Part shown: piece by piece, positions 18,565-27,200 of the stretch
Layout: each line of letters opens with the position of its first letter
How positions within the stretch are numbered: position 1 is the first letter of the stretch
Assembly: GCA_044350705.1 (NCBI GenBank)
Contig: JBILHA010000001.1
Coordinates: forward strand, 426,676 to 490,675
Direction: 5' to 3'
DNA: 64,000 bases
Origin: Candidatus Kapaibacterium sp.
GTDB taxonomy: Bacteria > Patescibacteriota > Patescibacteriia > UBA9934
The notes under the pieces: generated by a model
The model's database searches: none
Seen by the model: only the letters and a program-made list of their open reading frames with translations
Told to the model about the DNA's origin: nothing
Translations under genes and position numbers: made by a program

Positions 18565-18641
18565 AAAGTTTTTTCTACCGGAAAAGCATACCATTTTTAT
18601 TGCCTCGCTTTTTTCTCCACTGTGAACAGTCCTCCCCTCTT

Positions 18642-19160
18642 TCATTGCCATACCCTGAGCTCTCTTCGGCATTCGCGGTACTCCGGGATGGTTTGCGCCA
18701 CGAGCGCCCAGAACCTTGGTGAGTGATTGAATTCCTTAAGATGGCAGAGCTCGTGAACGATGAGGTATTCGGCAAGGTGCGGGGGGAGAAACAGAATGCG
18801 GTAGTTGAAATTGAGATTGCCACGCTTTGAGCAACTGCCCCAGCGGGTTTGTTGATTGCGAACCGAGATCTTTCCGTAGGAGAATCCGTAGTGCTGATTT
18901 AGCTCGGCTACTCGTTGCGTCGTGAAATGAAGTGAGGAGTGTTTGACGTCTTGGTAAGACGGATATGAACGGACGGGACGGATATGTGGAAGCTTCGCTC
19001 TCGCCTTCTCAATCCATTCCTTTTTCTCCTCCACAAACTTTTCTGCCCATTTCATAGGTACACGAAAAGGGACGGTCACCATGCAGGTGCCGTCGCCTTT
19101 GATGCGAATGCGCAGATACTTTGCATTTCGCTTTTTCGTGAATACGATCCCTTCCTCCAT
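18642..19160 (-). CDS. YgjP-like (DUF45) M48-family zinc metallohydrolase
   Basis: HELCHL zinc-binding motif in IVHELCHLKEFNHSPRFWALV. 172 aa, typical of the family. Confidence 0.75.
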   Translation of the reverse strand: MEEGIVFTKKRNAKYLRIRIKGDGTCMVTVPFRVPMKWAEKFVEEKKEWIEKARAKLPHIRPVRSYPSYQDVKHSSLHFTTQRVAELNQHYGFSYGKISVRNQQTRWGSCSKRGNLNFNYRILFLPPHLAEYLIVHELCHLKEFNHSPRFWALVAQTIPEYRECRRELRVWQ

Positions 19161-19166
19161 GTCCTT

Positions 19167-19679
19167 TTAAGCTCTTGCCTGGTCATTGAGAATCACCAAA
19201 TCTACCCAGTCTTTCATAAGGGCGAGATTTCTTTCTCCCGTTTCTCTTTTGGTAATCCAAAGAATCCCGTCAGGTTCCGGCATTCCCCATGTGCGCGCCT
19301 TTTCCTCTCTATACACCCTTTCGATTTCCCGATCTCCGGGAAACATGGGGTATTGCACGAGCATCACCCACTTCTCCCACGCTTCTTTCTCTGCAAACTC
19401 GGAGGGAATCTCTTCGTATCCTTTTATTTCTCCGCCCTGTATCGCTACATCTTTTTTCCGCAGTTCCTTCATTATTTGATCCGCGAAATATGACTTCCCT
19501 GCATTCGGCAAACCATACACTATGAACGTTACCAGGTTCTTTTCTCTCAGCTTTTCTTCAGTATTTTTTGCTACCCGGCTCACGCCCTCTCCAAAATCTA
19601 CGATATTTGCATCACGCTCTCGTTTTTCTCTTCGCTCTCCCACTGATTCCATACGCTTCATTTTCAAAAAATATCTCAA
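19167..19679 (-). CDS. Small P-loop NTPase/kinase-like protein
   Basis: Walker A GLPNAGKSYF. 170 aa. No further family assignment possible by eye. Confidence 0.5.
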   Translation of the reverse strand: MRYFLKMKRMESVGERREKRERDANIVDFGEGVSRVAKNTEEKLREKNLVTFIVYGLPNAGKSYFADQIMKELRKKDVAIQGGEIKGYEEIPSEFAEKEAWEKWVMLVQYPMFPGDREIERVYREEKARTWGMPEPDGILWITKRETGERNLALMKDWVDLVILNDQARA

Positions 19680-19688
19680 GCTCCATCA

Positions 19689-20528
19689 TCATACAATTTC
19701 CCCCTTCTTCTTTCCAAACAAAAATGCTTCATCGCCAACTTTTTTTCTTGGACGAACGAAGAGCACTACACCATCATCTTCCACACCAACCTCCTCTCCC
19801 CCATCTTTTCCTATACATTGGCCGCGCGTAACCTCTTCAAAGTCAGCGAAGATTTTTTCTGGGTTGAAGGTATTTGTTTTTGTGTGATAGAGCGATTCCA
19901 TGTGTATCCATTCTTTGGGAGATTGCACGGGGGCATTTCCTGAAATATGGCCGCGCACTATGAGGAATGCATTCATCGCTTCTTTTGCACGCGCTACGCT
20001 TTCCGGATCGTTGATGTACCCTGCTTCAAAGCAAATTCCCACGCCGCCCTGCATGTTGATGTACCCGTCAGAACCACCCGGTTCGAGCGCATCAAATCCG
20101 CTCACCATGCGCTTTGCGGGGAACGTTGCCGCATATGCAAATGCGTGTGGCTCGCATATACAGAATGGTTCGCTTTCGGGGGAGTTGCTTGCGTGAATGT
20201 CGAGGAGTGCATCGACGCCTTCAAGGTCGGAAAGGATTTCTCGGGAGCGCGCGTACTCGTATGTACGCTTCACCTCATCGGAAACCGCATCTTCGGAACA
20301 GAACAAGCGATTGAGATTATATTCGACAAAGCGAACCCCTTCTTCGACCGCCTTTGGATTTCCCACAATAATACGCACCTCGCCTTTTTCGATAGTCTGC
20401 AAGTTCATTTCTTCTATTGCGCGTATACCGGCAAGCTCGTTTCCGTGTACCCCCACGAGAATTGCACTGACGTTTCCTAATTGTGTTCCTTTGAGAATTT
20501 TTGTGGGGGGAGTTTGATTCATAGACAA
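19689..20528 (-). CDS. Succinylglutamate desuccinylase/aspartoacylase (AstE/AspA) family zinc hydrolase
   Basis: VGVHGNELAG zinc-ligand motif. 279 aa. Confidence 0.75.
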   Translation of the reverse strand: MSMNQTPPTKILKGTQLGNVSAILVGVHGNELAGIRAIEEMNLQTIEKGEVRIIVGNPKAVEEGVRFVEYNLNRLFCSEDAVSDEVKRTYEYARSREILSDLEGVDALLDIHASNSPESEPFCICEPHAFAYAATFPAKRMVSGFDALEPGGSDGYINMQGGVGICFEAGYINDPESVARAKEAMNAFLIVRGHISGNAPVQSPKEWIHMESLYHTKTNTFNPEKIFADFEEVTRGQCIGKDGGEEVGVEDDGVVLFVRPRKKVGDEAFLFGKKKGEIV

Positions 20529-20714
20529 CGCCCCATTTTTTCAGATTTTCTCTCAATTGTAAAACCTCAATTTGTTTACCTTTACTTCTGTTCAAGATCT
20601 TTCAGTACCACCCCTTCTCCGGTCTTCCACTCCGTCCAGCCATTTGCGGAACGTGCGAGGACAATTGCGGCGGCGGCACTCGGAGAGGAGAAGAGGTGGT
20701 CTTGGGTGAAGATG

Positions 20715-21341
20715 CTAGGTCTCGATGAAATTTATCTCATCTTCGTATATGACGATCTTCTCAATTCCATCATTCCCAATTTTAACAATCTCATTTTTTA
20801 ATATTTTTCCATTCAAAAGATATCTACACCGTGCATTATTAACTTCATTTATTTCTTCGTGAGGATTTGATACTAAAAATATCCCTCTTGTAAGCTTTTT
20901 TGAGGCCTCCAGAAGCTTCCCAACTTCATCTTCTAAAAGATTTGTATTTTTATGAAAAACAATAATTAAACCATATGCATTTGTTTGTACTTTTTTCTTG
21001 TTTAAAATTTCTTTCAAAAATTCACTGAAAGTATTTTTATCTTTTTCATGAAATTCTTTAACGTCAAAAACAATACCTCTCATTCCATTAGAATCTCCGC
21101 ACGCAAAGATTACATCCCCTCTTTCTTCCTCAGGAAAGAAGAGTAAATGAGAGCATCCCTCAATGTCGTCAAAAAGTCTGCAGGCAAATAAGGAAAAATA
21201 TGCCTCTCTTATTTTTAAATATTTATGATTATTTAAAAAAATATCTTTATGCTTCTCTTTTGAATAAATCTCATGAAATATATTAAAAACACTGGATTGC
21301 GGAATGAGCCTTTTAACAGGAATGTCTCTATCTTGATTCAT
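20715..21341 (-). CDS. Hypothetical protein (208 aa) translationally coupled to the nuclease-helicase gene in the AT-rich island
   Basis: Its start overlaps the stop of the upstream helicase ORF by 14 nt. Very AT-rich codon usage. No recognisable motif. Confidence 0.5.
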   Translation of the reverse strand: MNQDRDIPVKRLIPQSSVFNIFHEIYSKEKHKDIFLNNHKYLKIREAYFSLFACRLFDDIEGCSHLLFFPEEERGDVIFACGDSNGMRGIVFDVKEFHEKDKNTFSEFLKEILNKKKVQTNAYGLIIVFHKNTNLLEDEVGKLLEASKKLTRGIFLVSNPHEEINEVNNARCRYLLNGKILKNEIVKIGNDGIEKIVIYEDEINFIET

Positions 21342-23202
21342 GATTCATTGTTTTGATTTTTATTCTTTTTCTCACATACTCCTTTACGTTTTCATCCACA
21401 AAATACACATAACACCCCTTCATTCCACGTGACATGAGGACTTTGTAAATATTTCTCACAAGCTGGTTCATACGCTCGGGATTGTTTTTTAATCCCTTCT
21501 TTCCATTCGCATCTTTGTACTCATTCCATTTTGTAAAATACTCCATTTTTTCAGCATCAAACTGGAGGTCTTTCCCCACAATAACTCCCACATAATCGAA
21601 CTCAAGACCTTGCGATGTATGCACACATCCTGCTTGGTCAATACCGTCTCCATCAATTGCCCACGTCGTACCGATGCGACGAGAATTCCACGGCATACTG
21701 AAATCGTACTCTGGAATAACAATATCGTGATGATTTGCATCGGGATTTCCCGCATTTGCGGCCGTCCATTTCCATGCATATCCTGCAAGAACACGCGCAC
21801 TTTTACCTGCCGTTTGCTTCTTTTTTATCTCTGCAACTAATTCTTTCGGATCATCAAAGATGCGGAAATCAAATTTTTCCCTATCCCATCCGTCGTAGTT
21901 TGCAGTCTCGCGAATATGAAGTGTGTTATCAAGCCAATTCAAATATCCTTGAGCACCAGCGCAACGAAATTGCGCCTGTAACTCCACTTCAAATACTTCA
22001 GCACCCTCTTGTTTTACTACTCGCTTTATCTCCTCCACCGATCCCACATCATCCGGACGAATTACCTGATTATCATCAACGAAAAATATACTCACCTTTG
22101 CCGCGCGAACTATATCTTCCACCTGATTTTCTCCCTGATACATATAGGCTCCTGCTTTCTTCAAGCGATGAGCTTCATCTACGATCACTACATCAAATGC
22201 ATTCGCTTCTGTATCCACAAAACTTCCTGAACCTCTAAAAAGTGACTGGATGCGGTTCTTTGCATGCTCTTGTGCAAGTTTGTGCATGAGAACTGTTCTA
22301 AATGAAGCATTCGGCGCTACAAAAACTGCATTTTTTTCTTCTTTTAATAATCCCCCGAGAAGATTTACCGAAACGACCGATTTTCCCGTTCCCGGTCCGC
22401 CCTTAATAAGTACTACGGACTTTGATACATGCTTTAGCGCAACATGCTTTGCGGTCTCATATGCAATCTTTTGCTCATCCAAAAGCACAAACTCTTGATT
22501 TCCTTCAAGCATTCCTGAAACATGGTCAATAAGTTTTTTACTTGGACGAATACGACCATATTCAACTTCGTATAGAATATCGTCTCCGTTTCCCTTTCCT
22601 ACATACTTTTTCAAAAACTTCTCCAACTTCTCCTGATCATCCTTAAGATAGAGCGGTGCAAGATCTGTATGCTCTTTATATATCTCTGCTTCTAATGGTT
22701 CCGGATTTTGTCTTATGTAATTGTGAAGATAGGCGCACGCATGTGCATTAAGTTGCTTTGTTTCAATATTTTCATTGTAGTCTTCGAGATACATCTGATA
22801 TGAGCTCGCCTGATATGAAGGGTGTGTTGTTTCGCGTACAGCACCTCCGAGAAATGTTTTTACCAAACCATCCTTTTCGGTCGCCTCAGCTTTATCCCAT
22901 TGTTTAAGCTCAACAATGACGAAGTGTCTATTTCCTTCGTCATCATGTCCTGCTATAAAAAAATCGATGCGATTTGAAGTCGCAGGAATGACGTATTCAA
23001 TTAAAATGCCACATGTAGGATTAAGATCTGCACGCCGGACAATACGCTCCATATACTGCAAAGAGTTTGTCATTGCACGTTTTTCCGAAGGTGAAACCCT
23101 TCGCCCCAATCCATCTTCGAATGCCTTTTCTACAACATCGGCAATAATATTTCTATCAACGTATTCACGAAATTCTTCAAGCGTACTGCGATATAAAAAC
23201 AT
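21328..23202 (-). CDS. PD-(D/E)xK nuclease domain fused to a DUF2075-type SF1 helicase/ATPase (Nhi/Schlafen-like architecture)
   Basis: N-terminus GILIEYVIP...RIDFFIAGHDDEGNRHFVIVELKQW gives an E...D...ExK motif set. Walker A GGPGTGKS, Walker B VVIVDEAHRL, SF1 motif VI-like CVHTSQGLEFDYVGVIVG, and DUF2075-like AGYAWKW. Confidence 0.8.
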   Translation of the reverse strand: MFLYRSTLEEFREYVDRNIIADVVEKAFEDGLGRRVSPSEKRAMTNSLQYMERIVRRADLNPTCGILIEYVIPATSNRIDFFIAGHDDEGNRHFVIVELKQWDKAEATEKDGLVKTFLGGAVRETTHPSYQASSYQMYLEDYNENIETKQLNAHACAYLHNYIRQNPEPLEAEIYKEHTDLAPLYLKDDQEKLEKFLKKYVGKGNGDDILYEVEYGRIRPSKKLIDHVSGMLEGNQEFVLLDEQKIAYETAKHVALKHVSKSVVLIKGGPGTGKSVVSVNLLGGLLKEEKNAVFVAPNASFRTVLMHKLAQEHAKNRIQSLFRGSGSFVDTEANAFDVVIVDEAHRLKKAGAYMYQGENQVEDIVRAAKVSIFFVDDNQVIRPDDVGSVEEIKRVVKQEGAEVFEVELQAQFRCAGAQGYLNWLDNTLHIRETANYDGWDREKFDFRIFDDPKELVAEIKKKQTAGKSARVLAGYAWKWTAANAGNPDANHHDIVIPEYDFSMPWNSRRIGTTWAIDGDGIDQAGCVHTSQGLEFDYVGVIVGKDLQFDAEKMEYFTKWNEYKDANGKKGLKNNPERMNQLVRNIYKVLMSRGMKGCYVYFVDENVKEYVRKRIKIKTMNHESR

Positions 23203-23205
23203 ATT

Positions 23206-23571
23206 CTAAAGATCAGTATATTTCGTATGCACTCCTTTCGCTTTTTCTACAGGGTATTTCTCTTCATTCTTCCGCATCTTTTCTTCTAGTGCCGTAAAGA
23301 CATCAATATCAAAATCATGCGCCATAAGTAAAATCCAATAAAGCGTATCTGCGAGTTCCTCCCCCACCGCCTTCTTTTTATCCTCACGTTCAAGATACAT
23401 TTTCATTTCTTCTGCATTCTTCCACTGAAAATGTTCCATGACTTCAGTAGCTTCAAGTACTAAAGAGACCGCGAGGTCTTTTGGGTTATGAAATTGTTTC
23501 CAGTCGCGAGCATTGCGGAAGGCGATAATGCGCTGAGTCAAAGAATTAATATCCATCATATCTAGCTGCAA
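23206..23571 (-). CDS. MazG-like nucleoside-triphosphate pyrophosphohydrolase (all-alpha NTP-PPase)
   Basis: 121 aa. EELADTLYWILLMAHDFDIDV and LVLEATEVMEHFQW are typical MazG-domain helices. Its stop is 3 nt from the helicase start. Confidence 0.75.
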   Translation of the reverse strand: MQLDMMDINSLTQRIIAFRNARDWKQFHNPKDLAVSLVLEATEVMEHFQWKNAEEMKMYLEREDKKKAVGEELADTLYWILLMAHDFDIDVFTALEEKMRKNEEKYPVEKAKGVHTKYTDL

Positions 23572-23821
23572 TGGCGATACTTGTATTTTTTATAGCTTCC
23601 ATTGCAGTATTTTTTTTACCTATCTTTCAAAAAAACTTATAAGTTTTTCTCATTTATTTTGAGAATACCTTTCAGTCATATACTCGTCAATCGAGGTGGG
23701 CAATTAAAAATACCCTCGATTCGTACCATCAATATTTTTCAAAAAGGCTGTGAGACCCTTCCTTACGTCAGGGTCTTTCTTTACATCAGAGTCTTTTTTC
23801 TGCACATGATTGGAGCATACA

Positions 23822-23856
23822 AAAAACTCCAGGATTATTCCCGGAGTTTTTTTTAA
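23822..23856. terminator. Bidirectional rho-independent terminator (ctccagg-attatt-cccggag with A-run and T-run)
   Basis: Lies downstream of the HEPN-like gene on the minus strand. Separates it from the mazG-helicase operon promoter region. Confidence 0.55.
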
Positions 23857-23918
23857 CTCGTCTTTATTTTTAACTTTCTATATTTCTCTACTAACCTTCT
23901 TTGATCTTCGGCAGATTT

Positions 23919-24380
23919 TTATTTTGAAATCCCTGCATCAATCGCTATCTTTTTTCTTAAATTATTTAATACAATTCTCAATTCTTTCATTTTTTCCAAC
24001 GTAAGAATCATACTAAATTCAACCTCAAGATCTCTATTCTTCTGTGTTTTAAATTTTACCAACTGCATCATGCCATCTCCATCTATTTCTGCCATAATTC
24101 CATGTGCAAATGCATGTCTTAATTGCTTAAACTCCTCTGGAATTTTTATTTTTGGAAATTTGTCATTGAATTCTTCTATTATTTCTTCGAGCCGAATGAT
24201 AGAAAAGGCTTTTGGATAAACTTTATATACTTTTCCTTTCGCATAAGGGGGCTTGGGAAATTTCGATTCTTCCCCATCTTTTTTCGCAATTGCACACCTC
24301 ATAATGAATTCTATCGCGGCGATATCCCTTACTACCTCCCCCAGGCATTCAAAAAATTCTGAGATATCTTTTTTTTGCAT
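23919..24380 (-). CDS. Hypothetical protein with a HEPN-like Rx4H motif (LRHAFAHG)
   Basis: 153 aa. AT-rich. Immediately downstream of cysS. R-x4-H within a predicted helical region. Confidence 0.45.
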   Translation of the reverse strand: MQKKDISEFFECLGEVVRDIAAIEFIMRCAIAKKDGEESKFPKPPYAKGKVYKVYPKAFSIIRLEEIIEEFNDKFPKIKIPEEFKQLRHAFAHGIMAEIDGDGMMQLVKFKTQKNRDLEVEFSMILTLEKMKELRIVLNNLRKKIAIDAGISK

Positions 24381-24389
24381 ATATCTCCC

Positions 24390-25856
24390 TCAGGATGACA
24401 TGCGACTCTCCCTCACTCTCTGCCCCTTGGCAGTGTCTTCGACGGCGTAGCCTAATTCTGCCAACTGATCGCGGAGTTCGTCGGACTTTTGCCACTCTTT
24501 GGCGGCGCGGGCTTTTGCGCGGTCGTCGAGGAGCTTTTGCGCTTCATCGGTGATTTTTATAGGGCGAGCAACGACGTCTTCGAGGGCAAGACCGAGCACT
24601 TCATCCATTTTAAGCACGGTTGCGGATTTCACACCCGGAGCAAGGGTATCGTTATGCACGACTCCCCAAAAAATCGCGAGGGCACCCGGGGTGTCGAGGT
24701 CGTCGCGTATACGATCCATGAATGCGGTCATGCTTATTTCGTCGGCGTGCAGGTCGCCCGGCTTTGCCCAGTCACGGACTTCGTCGATGAGGTTGTTGAT
24801 CGCGTTTTGTGCGGCTTGCGCGGCATCGAAGGTGAAATTGAGATGCGTGCGGTAGTGTGCTCCCAAAAGGAAGAGGCGGAATGCGCGTGCGCTAATTCCC
24901 TTTTCGGCAAGTTCGTCGAGCGCGTACGTATTGCCAAGCGACTTACTCATTTTTCCGCCATCGACAAGCAAGAATTCGTTATGCATCCAAACGTTCGCTT
25001 CAAGGCATCCGCGTGCGGCATCGGTTTGTGCGAGTTCGTTTTCGTGGTGTACCGCAATGTGGTCAATGCCTCCCGTATGAATATCAAATGGAACGCCAAG
25101 GTACTTTTCCCCCATCGCAGAACATTCAATATGCCATCCGGGGAAGCCCTTGCCCCAAGGTGATTCCCATTCCATGTGACGCTTTGGCTGAGGCGATCCT
25201 GACGAAAGGAAGGATCCTTCGGTCGACTTTTTATCTCCCTCAGGATGACAAGGCTCGCTAAATTTCCAGAGTGCGAAATCTGCAGGGTTCTTTTTCTCTT
25301 CGTTTACGCCGATGCGTGCGCCTTCTTCTTTTTCAGACAGTGGCTGACGAGAAAGTTGCCCGTAGGAAGGAAGCTTGGACGTATCAAAATAGACGCCATC
25401 AGAAATGACGTATGCGAACCCGTTCTTCTCGATATCTTGAATCATGGTGATTTGCTCGGCGATGTGGTCGGTTGCGCGCGGCATGACATGCGGAAGCTGG
25501 ATGTTGAGCTTACCCAAGTCTTGCACGAAGAGATCGGTGTACTTTTTGGCGATATCCCACGCGGTCTCTCCGGTTTTCTTTGCGGCGACTTCCATTTTGT
25601 CATCGCCCTCCGATGCATCGTCAGTAAGGTGGCCGACGTCGGTGATGTTCATGACGTGGGTTACTTTGTATCCCTCAACTTCAAACATGCGGCGCAGGGT
25701 GTCGGCAAAAACGTAACTTCGGAGGTTACCAATGGAGGCGCGACCGTACACCGTAGGGCCACACACGTACATGCCGACCGTGTTAGGTTTTGCGGGAGTA
25801 AATGGACCCTGGGAGCGCGTAAGCGTGTTGTAGAGGGAAATCATAGCTTCCCGCAT
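24390..25856 (-). CDS. cysS: Cysteine--tRNA ligase
   Basis: HIGH-type motif (CGPTVYGRASIGN) and KMSKS (KMSKSLGN). 488 aa. Confidence 0.95.
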   Translation of the reverse strand: MREAMISLYNTLTRSQGPFTPAKPNTVGMYVCGPTVYGRASIGNLRSYVFADTLRRMFEVEGYKVTHVMNITDVGHLTDDASEGDDKMEVAAKKTGETAWDIAKKYTDLFVQDLGKLNIQLPHVMPRATDHIAEQITMIQDIEKNGFAYVISDGVYFDTSKLPSYGQLSRQPLSEKEEGARIGVNEEKKNPADFALWKFSEPCHPEGDKKSTEGSFLSSGSPQPKRHMEWESPWGKGFPGWHIECSAMGEKYLGVPFDIHTGGIDHIAVHHENELAQTDAARGCLEANVWMHNEFLLVDGGKMSKSLGNTYALDELAEKGISARAFRLFLLGAHYRTHLNFTFDAAQAAQNAINNLIDEVRDWAKPGDLHADEISMTAFMDRIRDDLDTPGALAIFWGVVHNDTLAPGVKSATVLKMDEVLGLALEDVVARPIKITDEAQKLLDDRAKARAAKEWQKSDELRDQLAELGYAVEDTAKGQRVRESRMSS

Positions 25857-25977
25857 CGTATCGGAAATTTATTCCGAGGAGAAGTGGGTTATTCGTTATC
25901 GCCCCGTTGGTTTGATGGGGTTGATTTTTGGGGTCTTTTTGCATACGCTCAATGCGCACCCTTGCCTGGAGGTAGCC

Positions 25978-26280
25978 ATGGGTAAGTTTATTTCTCGATT
26001 CTTCAACTTTTTCGCAATTTTCTTCTGGGTGCCCGTGGGCATCCAGCTAATCGTGATCAAGATTTTTTTTGAGGTAGCTTCTCGCTACCTCCCCCTCCTC
26101 CTCGCCGTGACGCTCGGTCTCGGCGCGGCCCACTCCCTTCGCGGGGAGGGCGCCCTTGATGTGGAGGCCGCCCTGCTGGTCTCCCTCACCATCACCGCCG
26201 CCCTCGCGACGGCGTGGCGGCTTATCAAGTATGGGGTCAGCCGGCTCCACACCCTCTGGCGGGAGCGCGAGGAACTGTAA
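25978..26280 (+). CDS. Small hypothetical membrane protein (about 100 aa) in a GC-rich segment
   Basis: RBS GGAGGT 5 nt upstream of ATG 25978 (the ORF track starts at 25912). Two or three hydrophobic helices. Confidence 0.4.
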   Translation: MGKFISRFFNFFAIFFWVPVGIQLIVIKIFFEVASRYLPLLLAVTLGLGAAHSLRGEGALDVEAALLVSLTITAALATAWRLIKYGVSRLHTLWREREEL

Positions 26281-26950
26281 TGAATCCGCGCCTCGTCACC
26301 CCCCCCGTCTCATCGGCGGAGTTTTTTCTTGATATATTTTTCTTTTTTGTGCATTCTTTTTTGCACACCCCACGCTGGAGCGCACGATGCACGTGTACTA
26401 CCTCGCCCCCATCCTGATCACCTCCCTCTGGATCGCGGGCGTTACTGTGACGCTCGTTGCTCAGGAGCTTGCCTCCCGAGCCCTTTGGCTCTTGGGGGAT
26501 GATTTTCTCCTGGAGTGGTAAGCACCCCCCCCTCTCGTCTTCTCCCACCGTACTCTGCGGTGGGAGTTTGTTTTTTCTTTATATCCCTTTCATCTACGTA
26601 TAAATTGTGCGCAAAAACACCCTCTTACTATCGCCCATAGTCAAATATGGTACACTCCTTTTCAATCGGCACATCTCGCTCCGCCGATTAAGGATGTCCA
26701 GATGCGACGACTTGTACTCTTGTCCGTCGGCGTCGGCCTTGTCGTCTTCGTCGTCTTCGCGATGATACTAACGGCGACGCTGGGCGGCGAGTGGTGGGCG
26801 CTCTCGGCCCTCGCCGGCGGAGCCTGCGCCCTCACCTTTTTCGCCTTCGCGAGAGACTAGACGACTAGAGGAGCCCGACGATCCTCGTCCCTCCTCCCTT
26901 CCCCTCGCATGAACCGTTCGATGCGTGGGGTTTTCTTTTTTTGCTCCAAA

Positions 26951-26990
26951 AAACAAAACATCCTCCGTGCGTTCGTTGGAGGATGTTTTG
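26951..26990. terminator. Rho-independent terminator (acatcctcc-gtgcgttcgt-tggaggatgt + TTTTGT)
   Basis: Read directly. Lies downstream of the small GC-rich ORF cluster. Confidence 0.5.
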
Positions 26991-27200
26991 TGTAAATTAT
27001 GCAACGAGGATTCGACAGAATCGCTCGGTAGGAAGAGTATACATCATTCTCACGCGCTCACCTGCAGGAGATCCCCAAGGTCCTCGAGAAGCATCAGCAC
27101 CGTCTCGTCATGCCGACCGGTCCCATGCGCTCAGGAAAGACCTCCATGCGGTTGAGAACACATCACGCATGGTGCGGGGCTTTTCGTTTTTATTTTCACC

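Noticed and set aside
18575-18823. ORF 18575..18823(-) and the 5' extension of the big repeat protein to 18672
   Set aside because: They overlap the YgjP-like gene end and lie upstream of the convincing signal-peptide start at 18564. Probably non-coding.
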